Virus record (IMG/VR): IMGVR_UViG_3300042691_020140
Coordinates: 12,100 to 76,099 of that record
Reading direction: 5' to 3' (one strand)
Source: a virus
Length of the DNA: 64,000 nucleotides
The position numbers were made by a program, and so were the translations under genes. Below, piece by piece: positions 19,387 to 29,316 of this stretch. Numbering within the stretch: the first letter of the stretch is position 1; each line of letters begins with the position of its first letter. The notes below the pieces were generated by a model. It was not told the origin of the DNA and made no database searches. It worked only from the letters and a program-made list of their open reading frames with translations.

Positions 19387-21537
19387 ATGTATCTTAAGCC
19401 TGAGTTTTTGAATAAGTACCCTGATAACCCCCAATGGAACTCTCTGTTGGGGCAGTTTGTTTATCTTCGCACGTATTCACGATTTGACCACATCAAAGGT
19501 CGCCGTGAGCACTGGAAAGAGACCTGTGCTCGTGTGGTTAACTACAGTATGAGTTTGTACGAGGGTCCAGCTGACACCGCTGAGTTGCGGGATGAGGCTG
19601 AGAAGTTGTTTCACGAGATGTTTAATCTCCGTTTGTTCACTGCCGGTCGTACAATGTGGATTGGCGGTACTGAAGCTGCACGTAAGTTCCCTTTGTCGAA
19701 CTTTAACTGTTCGTTCACGGTAGTGGACTCGTACCGTGCGTTTGTCGATGCCTTTTATCTTATGATGCTCGGTACTGGGGTTGGTTTCCGCGTTCTTCAG
19801 AACGACGTTAGTCAGCTTAAGGCTATCAAAACTAACGTAGTTGTAGCCCACAAGCCTTACCATCCTAAGATGCAGGAAAACCGTGTGGATAATACCACTG
19901 TTTATGAAGACAGTGGTGGCGTGTACATTATCGTAGGCGACTCAAAAGAGGGTTGGGTAGATGCACTTAATATTTACTTTGACGTTCTGACTAGTAATAA
20001 GCAGATTGAATCAATCATGATTAACTACGATAATGTTCGTCAGCAGGGTGAGATTCTTAAGACTTTCGGCGGTCGTGCCTCTGGTCATACTGCTTTGCGT
20101 GACATGTTTAAGCAAATTCATAAGGTTGTTTGTCGTGGTACTAACAAGTTGTCAACAGTTCAAGCTATGGACATTATGAACATCATCGGTTCATGTGTTG
20201 TCGTAGGTGGAGTGCGCCGTTCGTCGGAGATTACTCTTTTTGATATTGGTGACAAGGAAGTTATGGATGCTAAGGTGGACTTGTGGTCGGATCCGGCTAA
20301 GGCTGACTTCTACTACCGTGGTATGAGTAATAACTCAATCTACTTTACCTCGAAGCCGACCAAAGCGCAGCTTGAGGATATTTTTAAGCGTGTCCTTAAT
20401 AACGGCGAGCCGGGCTTCATTAACGCAACTGCCGCAGCTAAACGACGGCCCAACTATGCGGGCACTAACCCATGTGCTGAAATCTTGCTTGCTGACAACG
20501 GTGTTTGTAACTTGTCCGAGGTTAACGTGGCCGGTTTTGTTGGTTATGACGCCAGTAAACGTCCGTACATCGACTTTAACAAGTTAGCAGATGCTATCAA
20601 GCTTGCTACCCGTGTTGGTCTCCGTATGACTAATGTTGAGCTTGAACTTGCTCACTGGGACGTGGTTCAGAAGCGTGACCGCTTGACTGGTGTTTCGTTG
20701 ACTGGTTTTGTCGAGGCTATGGACGCTGTAGGTGTCGATAGTTCAGACCCGAACTCTTTTGTACCAATCACTACAGAGGACGGTTCGTACTATTCATTGT
20801 TGTTGGGTGACTTCTTGCGGACTCTCAATATTACGGCTAACGAGGAGGCGAATATTTACGCAAAAGAAATGCGTATTCCAGCCCCGTTGTTGGTCACGAC
20901 CGTAAAGCCGTCGGGTACGATTTCTCAGCTCCCGACTGTATCATCAGGCGGTCATAGTTCATATGCACCATACTACATCCGCCGTGTTCGTATTTCGTCT
21001 TTTGACCCATTGGCAAAGACTATGTTGGCTGTTGGCTATCCAGTATACCCAGAAGCTACTACCATGCGTCCGGAAGAGTTTGTCAAATTGTCAAACTTCG
21101 AGCGTATGAAAGTGTTGGATAGTGCTCAGACTTGGGTAATTGAATTCCCAATTAAGACCAGTGCTAAGCGTTCTGCTAACTCAGAATCAGCCGTTGAGCA
21201 ACTCAGTCGCTATTTTACTTTGCAGGAGTACTGGACTGACCATAACACTTCAATTACAATCACTTTCTCACCTGAGGAGGTTGATGAGATTATTGAAATG
21301 ATTCTGGAGAATTGGGACCATTATATCGGCGTATCATTCCTGCCAAAGAACACCACTGCTTACCCTCTTCTTCCTTACGAAGAGATTAATGCAGAAGAGT
21401 TTGCAAAGCGACGTAACCAAGTCGAGCATATCACTTGGGAAAACATCGTAGCTGAGTTGGTTCAGCGTGAGTCTAAGCAGACTGAAGAAGACGAGTTTGA
21501 CCCAGATTGTGTCGGTGGCGCATGCCCTGTGCGCTGA
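19387..21537 (+). CDS. nrdJ: Class II (adenosylcobalamin-dependent) ribonucleotide reductase
   Basis: VVGGVRRS, TNPCAEI, TVKPSGT, C-terminal CVGGACPVR. Confidence 0.92.
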   Translation: MYLKPEFLNKYPDNPQWNSLLGQFVYLRTYSRFDHIKGRREHWKETCARVVNYSMSLYEGPADTAELRDEAEKLFHEMFNLRLFTAGRTMWIGGTEAARKFPLSNFNCSFTVVDSYRAFVDAFYLMMLGTGVGFRVLQNDVSQLKAIKTNVVVAHKPYHPKMQENRVDNTTVYEDSGGVYIIVGDSKEGWVDALNIYFDVLTSNKQIESIMINYDNVRQQGEILKTFGGRASGHTALRDMFKQIHKVVCRGTNKLSTVQAMDIMNIIGSCVVVGGVRRSSEITLFDIGDKEVMDAKVDLWSDPAKADFYYRGMSNNSIYFTSKPTKAQLEDIFKRVLNNGEPGFINATAAAKRRPNYAGTNPCAEILLADNGVCNLSEVNVAGFVGYDASKRPYIDFNKLADAIKLATRVGLRMTNVELELAHWDVVQKRDRLTGVSLTGFVEAMDAVGVDSSDPNSFVPITTEDGSYYSLLLGDFLRTLNITANEEANIYAKEMRIPAPLLVTTVKPSGTISQLPTVSSGGHSSYAPYYIRRVRISSFDPLAKTMLAVGYPVYPEATTMRPEEFVKLSNFERMKVLDSAQTWVIEFPIKTSAKRSANSESAVEQLSRYFTLQEYWTDHNTSITITFSPEEVDEIIEMILENWDHYIGVSFLPKNTTAYPLLPYEEINAEEFAKRRNQVEHITWENIVAELVQRESKQTEEDEFDPDCVGGACPVR

Positions 21538-21562
21538 CACAAAAATAGGGTATATTAGTAGA

Positions 21563-21635
21563 GAGGTAGTTTTACAGGAGTTTCATCCACCTAAAAGTGG
21601 GTTTACTTCTCTAAAACTACCTCGATTTTTTATTT
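21563..21635 (+). terminator. Long hairpin plus T-run after nrdJ
   Basis: GAGGTAGTTTTA...TAAAACTACCTC stem with inner helices, then T-rich tail. Confidence 0.55.
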
Positions 21636-21646
21636 TAGGGGTACTT

Positions 21647-22294
21647 ATGGCTAAGAAATCAAGGTTTCAAGAAATATTAGAGGAATATAGCCTTAAATAC
21701 GACTTAGAGACGTTAAATTCTCCTAACGACCGAGCTAATTTGGAAATGTTGATTAACAACCAAGTGCTTGTGGAACGTCTTCAGGGGGAGTTGCTTCAGT
21801 TAACAGAAGAATCCGCAGTTGACAATATCGATGACATAAAAAACATCAGTAACGCTATGCGTGATATTATTGAAAGAAACTTGCAGATTGAGCGTGCTCT
21901 CGCTTTAGACCGCAAGACACGTAAGTCAGAAAACAGTGACAGTATAGCATCGTACATTACTAATCTTAAAGTTGTAGCTCAAAACTTTCTCGAAAAAAGG
22001 TTAATTAAAGTCTACTGCCCGGACTGTAAAGTTCTTGTGGCTAGATTTGCCCCAGTTATGGACCACACGGCGTTTCATTTCGAGACTCAGTGTAGTCAGT
22101 GCGGACAGCGTGTTATAATGGGGCGTAAAGCCGAGGCTGAGGGCGTATTCTTCGACATCAAAGACTACCGCTGGAGAAAGCAATATCTCTATGAGGTAGT
22201 GCAGCCGGATATGGCTAAAGATACTCCAGAGTTAGACAGCGAAGAGGAGTTATTTATTATAGAGGACGAAGATGGCACTACAGAAAAAGATTGA
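21647..22294 (+). CDS. Putative terminase small subunit (Zn ribbon)
   Basis: Immediately precedes TerL; helical region then CPDC...CSQC; likely start MAKKSRF. Confidence 0.5.
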   Translation: MAKKSRFQEILEEYSLKYDLETLNSPNDRANLEMLINNQVLVERLQGELLQLTEESAVDNIDDIKNISNAMRDIIERNLQIERALALDRKTRKSENSDSIASYITNLKVVAQNFLEKRLIKVYCPDCKVLVARFAPVMDHTAFHFETQCSQCGQRVIMGRKAEAEGVFFDIKDYRWRKQYLYEVVQPDMAKDTPELDSEEELFIIEDEDGTTEKD

Positions 22295-24875
22295 AGAAGC
22301 TGAGATAGCCCTACTCGAAGTTATTGAGGATCCAATATGGTTCAGTGAGTTTCTACGCTCGACCAATCAGGGTGACATGAACAAAAACAACTGGCCGTCG
22401 GACGAGTTTAAGCACAGACCGTACCAGAAAGAAATCCTGACCGACCAAAATAAACATATTGTAATTACTGGTGGACGTTCAATCGGTAAATGTCAGCCGC
22501 TAAGCTCTAGAGTGTTTACAACCGAGGGCTACAAAACTGTAGGACAGCTAGTCAGACTAAAAGGTAGAGCGTTTATGGCTTATGCCTACGGTACTGATGG
22601 TAAATTTAGACCCAGAAGAGCTGTAGTTACTAAAGATAAGTGGAAAAAGCTAGTAAAACTCTACATGCCTAACAACATTGAGCTCGAGTGTACTGAAAAC
22701 CACCCTATCCTAACCACAGAGGGATTTAAACTAGCCGGTGATATAAAAATAGGCGAGTTAGTTGCCGTTACAAATATTCTCCCGTCAGTGCACTGTGTGA
22801 ATGATAGCTTTTCTTGGTTTGAACTTAGACTTTTAGGTTACTCAGCACTAAATCGCTTAAAGCTTGTAGGTTATGTGGGTATTAAACCTAAGTTTAACCA
22901 AATTGCAGAAGAGCTAGAACTTATCGCAAAAGAAACCTACTGTAACTTACGTGTAGAAGACGGTGCATACTTCCTAGATAGAATAAAGACTGGTCAGAAC
23001 AGACACTACCTAAGAAACTTGTGGCACGAAATTGGTATGTATGCTGTAGATAAGCGAAGAATTACCAAACTTACTTTCCTGAAAAAGGAGAAGTTAGACA
23101 ACATTAAAGTATTTCTCGAAGCGGTGTTTGCTCAGTATGCTACCCTCTCCAGAGACAAGATTACTTTAGAAGTGTTCAACAAAGAGTACGTTAAAGACTT
23201 TCAGGAGTTGTTGATGTACTTTGGAGTTAACACAGTCATAACTAAGACAGAACGGCGATTCAAGGACACAGTTAGCTTCCCCATCGACGACCGCATCTAC
23301 ATCCTAGAAACTATCGATAAGGAAAACGCTCACAGATTCTGGTCTATTTTTAAGTTACCCGGTGTTAAAACTAATTTCCAACCAACCACTTTGGAAGAAG
23401 TGGAACCCTTGCGATGGGAGCCAGTATTACGTAAAACTAAAAAGGACTATGAGACGGTTACCTACGCTGTGTCGGTTTACACAGATGAGACCTACATCTC
23501 AGAACACGTAGTTGTTCATAATTCTGTAATTATCGAAGACTTATTAACATACCAAATTGTAAACAACGACGTAGAATTCCCAAAGACATCTGAGCAAGTT
23601 CTTGTTACACCAAATACCAGTCAAATGACTCCGCTGTTAGATAGGTTAATTCTTAAGTTTACAACCTCACCCCTACTTAGTGAGTTTCTAGGCAATAATG
23701 TAAATAGGTCTAAAGGAACTCTTGACTTTAAGTTTGGCGGTAGAAATCATAGATTTTACGCCCGTATTGCAGGCTCTAAAGAATCGAATAACTTGGTAGG
23801 TTTACACATTCCTAAAATTGCTGGTGATGAAATGCAATTGTTCCCAATGACCGCATTTAATCAGTTACAACCAACGTTAAACACATGGGAGCCTAAAGTT
23901 CAGGAAGTATATTGCGGAGTTCCTAATGGGTTAAGAAATTCGGCTCTGTACGACCTAGATATTCGTAGACCTAAGTACAAAAAATACAGAATACCATCAC
24001 CCAATAATCCTTACTTTACACTAGATGATTGGAACGATGCCCTGCGAAAGTACGGTGGTATTGAGGAGGACATTTTCCAGCAACTAGTTTTAGGTAGACA
24101 CGGATCTGCTAGTTTTCAAGTTATTCCAAGAGATTCAATCGTTACTGAGGCTTTCGACTTCTATGCGTATAGATTTTCAAATAACGACAAACTTAAGGGT
24201 AAGAAATTTGAAGACGTACTTAAACTACACCAGTTAAAGGGTCAGGATGCGATACTCTTTGCTATAGACACTGGGTTTTCAGACCCGACTATCATCCAAG
24301 TAATAGGGATGAAAGATAATAAATACAGAACTTTTGTACGGTATAGACTAACTAAAATAGACTATCCAGAACAAGAGAGAATTATTCACTATCTATCAAA
24401 GCATTACAATCCAAGTAGAATAGCAATCGACGTAGGTGCTGGTGGTGGTGGTGCAGGTATGTACCAATCACTGTCTTCACGAGAAGAATATGCTTCAGGA
24501 AAATATAATGAACGAATTATTACTGTTCTCTTTAATGAGCGTGTACCAGTCGGCAGAACCGACGATGATACAGAACTTACTGAGGTTTTTCGTTCTTGGG
24601 GCTCGAAAGAGCTTGCAAGGATGGTCACAGAGGGTGACATGATTTTCTCAGAAATTGACGTTGAGGGTATTTCTCAGCTAGAGCGATTAACCCGACAGAA
24701 AAGAATGACTGGTAATGACCATTACTTTGTCATGGGAGAAAGGGGCAACGGCGCATCGGACGATGACCACATATTTGCGTCGTACTTATGTTTTATCTAC
24801 GCATTACGAGGTAAGACACAAACAATAACTAGCGTTGGTCTGGGTAGACCAGTTTCCAACACAACATCGAGGTAA
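22272..24875 (+). CDS. terL: Terminase large subunit with intein
   Basis: RPYQ, GGRSIGK/S Walker A split by the intein, AGDE Walker B, IDTG and DDH nuclease motifs. Confidence 0.9.
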   Translation: MALQKKIEEAEIALLEVIEDPIWFSEFLRSTNQGDMNKNNWPSDEFKHRPYQKEILTDQNKHIVITGGRSIGKCQPLSSRVFTTEGYKTVGQLVRLKGRAFMAYAYGTDGKFRPRRAVVTKDKWKKLVKLYMPNNIELECTENHPILTTEGFKLAGDIKIGELVAVTNILPSVHCVNDSFSWFELRLLGYSALNRLKLVGYVGIKPKFNQIAEELELIAKETYCNLRVEDGAYFLDRIKTGQNRHYLRNLWHEIGMYAVDKRRITKLTFLKKEKLDNIKVFLEAVFAQYATLSRDKITLEVFNKEYVKDFQELLMYFGVNTVITKTERRFKDTVSFPIDDRIYILETIDKENAHRFWSIFKLPGVKTNFQPTTLEEVEPLRWEPVLRKTKKDYETVTYAVSVYTDETYISEHVVVHNSVIIEDLLTYQIVNNDVEFPKTSEQVLVTPNTSQMTPLLDRLILKFTTSPLLSEFLGNNVNRSKGTLDFKFGGRNHRFYARIAGSKESNNLVGLHIPKIAGDEMQLFPMTAFNQLQPTLNTWEPKVQEVYCGVPNGLRNSALYDLDIRRPKYKKYRIPSPNNPYFTLDDWNDALRKYGGIEEDIFQQLVLGRHGSASFQVIPRDSIVTEAFDFYAYRFSNNDKLKGKKFEDVLKLHQLKGQDAILFAIDTGFSDPTIIQVIGMKDNKYRTFVRYRLTKIDYPEQERIIHYLSKHYNPSRIAIDVGAGGGGAGMYQSLSSREEYASGKYNERIITVLFNERVPVGRTDDDTELTEVFRSWGSKELARMVTEGDMIFSEIDVEGISQLERLTRQKRMTGNDHYFVMGERGNGASDDDHIFASYLCFIYALRGKTQTITSVGLGRPVSNTTSR
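22491..23522 (+). mobile_element. Intein (344 aa) in TerL Walker A with degenerate LAGLIDADG-type domain
   Basis: Begins CQPLSS, block B TENHPILT, ends VVHN followed by Ser. Confidence 0.9.
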
Positions 24876-24876
24876 A

Positions 24877-26364
24877 ATGAGTAATAGTTTAGCAAAGTCC
24901 ACCGCCGCTTACCAACCATCCCCGTTTATGGTTAACGGACAGTTCGTAGCTGGTTACTACGACCCAACTATGCTTCCGTTCGATAACTCGAAGAAGTATA
25001 AGTACCACGACATTATCAAGTTCTGTAGATTTTACTACGATAATGACACAATCGTGGGTACGGTAATTGACCGTATGGTAGACATGGCAATCACCAAACT
25101 TAGAAATAGAAAAGACCGTGATAATCCAGACGTTGCTGTAGAGTACTACAACGCTGTAGCAGAATATCTGCAACCATACCTGAAGTTAATGGCACTTGAC
25201 TATTTTTTGCACGGCATGGCTATTCCTGAGTATACCTACGAGACTATCATGGGTAACAAAGTAGATCCTACTTTGGGTAGGAAGCGTGTGCAATTTCCCA
25301 CAAACTTTTGGGTAAGAAACGCTGAGTACATTGAGCTTCGTAGAAGACCATTAGGAACTGAGCGTGCGGTGTTTATGAAAATCCCAGATGCTGAAGTCAA
25401 CTTCATTCTTACTAAAGGTATGCGAGATGATGGTTCTAGTGATAAAGCCGGTTATCAGGAATTGGTACGTGAGTACCCTAATTATGTAAAAGCGATTGTC
25501 AGTGGTCAGCGTATTTTTCCGTTACCAGATGCACGCCCAATCTACAGAAAGCTTCGTTCTTACGACGATTATCCAAAACCATTCTTACAAAACGCTCTGT
25601 ACGCTCTTCAACACAAGTACTACTTAAAGCTTATGGATAGAAGTATTGCAGCCAGAGCTAGCGAGCTTCTCCGCCACGTAAAAATTGGTAGCGATACTTT
25701 TCCAGCTACAGATGACGACATTAAGTCAACTGAAACTGTACTTGCGACTGCCAGTGTTACTGGTGATAGAGTATTTAATCTTTTTACTAATCACACAGTA
25801 GATATTAGTTGGGTTACTCCGCCTATGGATGCCCTACTTAATGAAGCTAAGTACATTGAGCCCAACGCTGACATTTTCTTAGCTCTTGGATTTCCTAGAA
25901 TCCTCGCAGTAGGCGAAACTATGCGTAGTAACGCTACAGACAACAAGACGGCTTCTCTTGGACCTATCAGTACCCTAAATGACCTACGTGAGGCCATAGT
26001 AAATTGGGTAGAAAGAACCTACGAAGAGTTAGCAGAAAGAAATGGGTTCACTTGGTACCCAAAGCCGTTCTTTAGTCCTATTGCACTTCAAGACATCACT
26101 GCATTGACCCAGCTTGCTATCCAAGCTCAGCAGATTGGGGCAATTAGCAAGGACACGATTGCTCAGTTGTATGGTACGACCTACGAGGAGGAGCAGGAAA
26201 AAATCGAGACAGAATATCAAGAGGTTCCGCAAGATGATACTAACCAAACCAGAGCTCCAGAAGAACAGTCACCTCCCGCCGGGGATGGGATACAGCCTGA
26301 GGAGCCCGAATCTACCACACAACAGTCTAGTAATTCATACAACAAACGGAAGAGTAGGGACTAA
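24877..26364 (+). CDS. Portal protein
   Basis: About 495 aa directly after TerL; helical pattern, acidic disordered tail. Confidence 0.75.
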   Translation: MSNSLAKSTAAYQPSPFMVNGQFVAGYYDPTMLPFDNSKKYKYHDIIKFCRFYYDNDTIVGTVIDRMVDMAITKLRNRKDRDNPDVAVEYYNAVAEYLQPYLKLMALDYFLHGMAIPEYTYETIMGNKVDPTLGRKRVQFPTNFWVRNAEYIELRRRPLGTERAVFMKIPDAEVNFILTKGMRDDGSSDKAGYQELVREYPNYVKAIVSGQRIFPLPDARPIYRKLRSYDDYPKPFLQNALYALQHKYYLKLMDRSIAARASELLRHVKIGSDTFPATDDDIKSTETVLATASVTGDRVFNLFTNHTVDISWVTPPMDALLNEAKYIEPNADIFLALGFPRILAVGETMRSNATDNKTASLGPISTLNDLREAIVNWVERTYEELAERNGFTWYPKPFFSPIALQDITALTQLAIQAQQIGAISKDTIAQLYGTTYEEEQEKIETEYQEVPQDDTNQTRAPEEQSPPAGDGIQPEEPESTTQQSSNSYNKRKSRD

Positions 26365-26941
26365 GTTCGAGAATGAGCTTCGGTTCTTAATTAATTCCCA
26401 GAATGTCAGTGCACATTATTTAGTAAGTAAACAAGGCGTAATTGTACAGATGTTAGACCCATTTAGGTATACAGCGTGGCACGCTGGTAATGTGTCTAAT
26501 GTTAAGTACTCGAACGCACACTCGGTCGGTGTTGAAGTCCACTACACACCGGGTGAGGGAGTATGGACTGGTGAGATGTGGGAAGCTATAACACATTTAG
26601 CTAGATTATACTCTTCCCTTGAAGTCGTAACTCATAGGGGTATTGCAGTACCTAGAGGTAGGAAAATTGACCCGTCTGGTGTTTCAGATGCTGAGTTTGC
26701 TTACTGGAAACTTAATTTAAATAGAGCAAACAGTATCTACAAAACTAGTTTTAGGTCTAATTTACGTGAAGCACCCACTACTCAGTCTAAGATTGTCTCG
26801 ACAATCCCAGAAAACAGTACCTTGTTTAGTTTTGTGGACGATGTAGTAGAGGGTCAAACGGTTTCTGGTACGAACAGATGGCGTAAAGTGAATAACGGTG
26901 CTTTTATTTTAGAGAGCTTAATTACTAAAGTGGAGAAGTGA
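26234..26941 (+). CDS. Endolysin: N-acetylmuramoyl-L-alanine amidase (Amidase_2) plus SH3-like domain
   Basis: VIHTT, SAHYLV, AWHAG, SVGVE, THR, KIDP; C-terminal NLREAPTTQSKIV. Confidence 0.88.
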   Translation: MILTKPELQKNSHLPPGMGYSLRSPNLPHNSLVIHTTNGRVGTKFENELRFLINSQNVSAHYLVSKQGVIVQMLDPFRYTAWHAGNVSNVKYSNAHSVGVEVHYTPGEGVWTGEMWEAITHLARLYSSLEVVTHRGIAVPRGRKIDPSGVSDAEFAYWKLNLNRANSIYKTSFRSNLREAPTTQSKIVSTIPENSTLFSFVDDVVEGQTVSGTNRWRKVNNGAFILESLITKVEK

Positions 26942-27330
26942 TGTCAGACCAGATGGACAATAATAGTGTAATAGGAATCATAGCCGGATTAGTTACCGGT
27001 ATTATTGGCTCGTTCGTTGCGTTTAAAAACAACAAGGCATCAGCTGAGGCTAAGTTTAGAGAAGACCTGCTCTTGCTAATTAAGCAACATTCTGATAGAA
27101 TAAGTGCATTGGAGGAAGAGAACCGAGAATTGCTCCACACAAACCAAGAGCTAGCTCACGCTAATGTAGATGAGCACAGGAAGCAGCAAGAGATGATGAA
27201 AAAGATTGCAGACTTGGAGCAAGAGCGGAGTCGGATGGCGAGTAGAATCGAGTATTTGGAAAACCGCCTCCAAGAAGTTAACACACATTTAGAGAGGATT
27301 TTGAATGAACGAAGAAATCAAGGCAGTTGA
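26938..27330 (+). CDS. Membrane-anchored coiled-coil lysis-module protein
   Basis: N-terminal TM helix then coiled coil, next to endolysin. Confidence 0.55.
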   Translation: MMSDQMDNNSVIGIIAGLVTGIIGSFVAFKNNKASAEAKFREDLLLLIKQHSDRISALEEENRELLHTNQELAHANVDEHRKQQEMMKKIADLEQERSRMASRIEYLENRLQEVNTHLERILNERRNQGS

Positions 27331-27733
27331 GATGTTGTATACACTACTTACGGGTACCATCATTCCCGTAGTTGTTTTGTGGTTGCAGAGAGTTAGTTGG
27401 CCCGGGTACTATAAGTTCGGTCTTGCGGTTATGTTGAGTGTTATTGCAGCTACTATGCTCTCTCTTATTGACGGTAAACTGACACCTGCTAATACTATTG
27501 AAAACTTTGTAACTCTGTTTACTATTTCACAAACGGTTTACTTTACGTTCTTTAGGGCACTTAACCTGCACGCATTTTTGTACCCTGATGATGTTTTGGT
27601 TAATAAGACCAAAGATATTGTAGCCAAGTCGATTGAACAAGCTATCTCACCGGAGTTAGCAAGGAACATTCTGGATGACGAGCAACCAGAGGAGCTTACA
27701 GTTAAGATTGACGTATCTGAAGCGCAAGGTTAA
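27305..27733 (+). CDS. Holin-like membrane protein
   Basis: 2-3 TM helices, lysis cluster. Confidence 0.55.
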   Translation: MNEEIKAVEMLYTLLTGTIIPVVVLWLQRVSWPGYYKFGLAVMLSVIAATMLSLIDGKLTPANTIENFVTLFTISQTVYFTFFRALNLHAFLYPDDVLVNKTKDIVAKSIEQAISPELARNILDDEQPEELTVKIDVSEAQG

Positions 27734-27739
27734 TACAAA

Positions 27740-27770
27740 GCACCCCCTCTGAGAGGGGGTGCACTTTTTT
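27740..27770 (+). terminator. Intrinsic terminator
   Basis: GCACCCCCTC-TGA-GAGGGGGTGC then T-run. Confidence 0.8.
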
Positions 27771-27783
27771 ATTGGAGAAAAAT

Positions 27784-29100
27784 ATGAACACAATTTTGAA
27801 TAATGATTGTATGGAAGAGCTTAAGAACTTTCCGGACAATATTCTAGACAGCGTAGTCACCGACCCGCCTTATGGTCTTAGTGACTTATCGCCAGAGAAG
27901 ATTACTACAACTATGATGGAGTGGGCTAGTGGTAATCACTCGTTTATTCCTAAGGGTAGAGGATTTATGAATAAAGATTGGGACTCTTTTGTACCACCAC
28001 CGGCAGTTTGGAAAGAAGTTTTGAGAGTACTTAAACCCGGTGGGCATATTCTTTGTTTTGCTGGGTCAAGAACTGTTGACTTAATGACTATCAGTCTTCG
28101 CATTGCTGGATTTGAGATTAGAGATACGCTCATGTGGATATACGGTTCTGGATTCCCTAAGTCTATGAGTGTCGGTAAAGCTATCGACAAGCACACTGGG
28201 GACGCTCCTGAAAGCCCTAATAAAGGAAAATGGAGACCCGGGCCTCAGGGCAGCGCACCAACTCACCAAGAGGGATGGGGTACTACAGAGGTATTTGATT
28301 GGGACTTAGTTAATGAGGAAGCTCAGAAATGGGTTGGGTGGGGTACTGCTCTTAAACCAGCCGTTGAACCAATTATCTTAGCTAGAAAACCGTTAGACGG
28401 TAATGTAGCCAACAATGTACTTAAGTGGGGAGTTGGTGGAATAAACGTGGATGAGTGTAGAGTTGGTAGTGAGTCATTGCCCGAGAAGAAATCCGGTATA
28501 AATTCTCTGATGGGTGGATTGAAAAATAAAACTAGCAATACTACCGGTATAACGCCTGAGCGCTCCGGTCGTTGGCCCGCAAACGTAATTTTTGATGAGG
28601 ATGCCGCAGTTATACTTGATAAACAGACGGGTCAGCTGAGTATGCGATTTAGTGAATCGTCTGGTTCTGAGGGCTTCTTTGGCGGTGGTAGGGCATTTAA
28701 AAGTTACGACGACGGTGATAACATGGGGGCTTCCAGATTTTTCTACGTGGCTAAGACTTCTAAGAAAGAGCGTGAAGCTGGTTTAGACGGAATGGAGGTA
28801 CGACAAACTGGTGCTATGCAGGGTAATGTCACTGGCGGGAGGCTTGGTGGAGACGGCTCAGAAATCAAGCCGATACATCGAGCTAACCACCATCCGACTG
28901 TTAAACCAGTTAAGTTGATGACATACTTATGTAGATTGATTACCCCACCCGGAGGGACTGTACTAGATCCGTTTGTAGGCTCTGGTTCAACGGGTATTGC
29001 CGCAGTATTAGAGGGCTTTAATTTTATCGGCATAGAGCAAAACCAAGAGTACGCAGAAATCGCACGCAAACGAATTGACTACCATTTGACAAGTAAATAA
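27784..29100 (+). CDS. DNA N6-adenine/N4-cytosine methyltransferase (beta class)
   Basis: TDPPY, HPTVKP, VLDPFVGSGSTG. Confidence 0.92.
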   Translation: MNTILNNDCMEELKNFPDNILDSVVTDPPYGLSDLSPEKITTTMMEWASGNHSFIPKGRGFMNKDWDSFVPPPAVWKEVLRVLKPGGHILCFAGSRTVDLMTISLRIAGFEIRDTLMWIYGSGFPKSMSVGKAIDKHTGDAPESPNKGKWRPGPQGSAPTHQEGWGTTEVFDWDLVNEEAQKWVGWGTALKPAVEPIILARKPLDGNVANNVLKWGVGGINVDECRVGSESLPEKKSGINSLMGGLKNKTSNTTGITPERSGRWPANVIFDEDAAVILDKQTGQLSMRFSESSGSEGFFGGGRAFKSYDDGDNMGASRFFYVAKTSKKEREAGLDGMEVRQTGAMQGNVTGGRLGGDGSEIKPIHRANHHPTVKPVKLMTYLCRLITPPGGTVLDPFVGSGSTGIAAVLEGFNFIGIEQNQEYAEIARKRIDYHLTSK

Positions 29101-29114
29101 ACTTGTGCTATACT
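29086..29114 (+). promoter_or_regulatory. Consensus sigma70 promoter
   Basis: TTGACA-17-TATACT with TG extension. Confidence 0.75.
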
Positions 29115-29129
29115 ACTTGCATAGGTTGA

Positions 29130-29284
29130 GCGTAGTTTCTACTCTTCTTGGTAGCCCTAGTGAGGCTGGGGCGTGCATGATAACGAAGTACTAGCCATAC
29201 TGGTTATTATCATGGCTGTATGAAAGAGCAGTTAGACGAACCTCAGTTGGCTACTGAAACGGTGAAAGTGGCACACCACTACGC
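29130..29284 (+). ncRNA. Putative structured leader RNA upstream of the BMP gene
   Basis: Nested helices GCGTAG/CTACGC, GTTTC/GAAAC, GTAGCC/GGCTAC, TGAGG/CCTCA, CATGATAA/TTATCATG. Confidence 0.4.
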
Positions 29285-29316
29285 ATTAAGCCACGCCATT
29301 AAATTTAGGAGAGTAT

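Noticed and set aside
29109-29175. Purine riboswitch suggested by AGTTTCTAC upstream of the BMP gene
   Set aside because: Lacks the P3 CCGTAAA loop and the P2 ATATGG loop, and would overlap the -10 box
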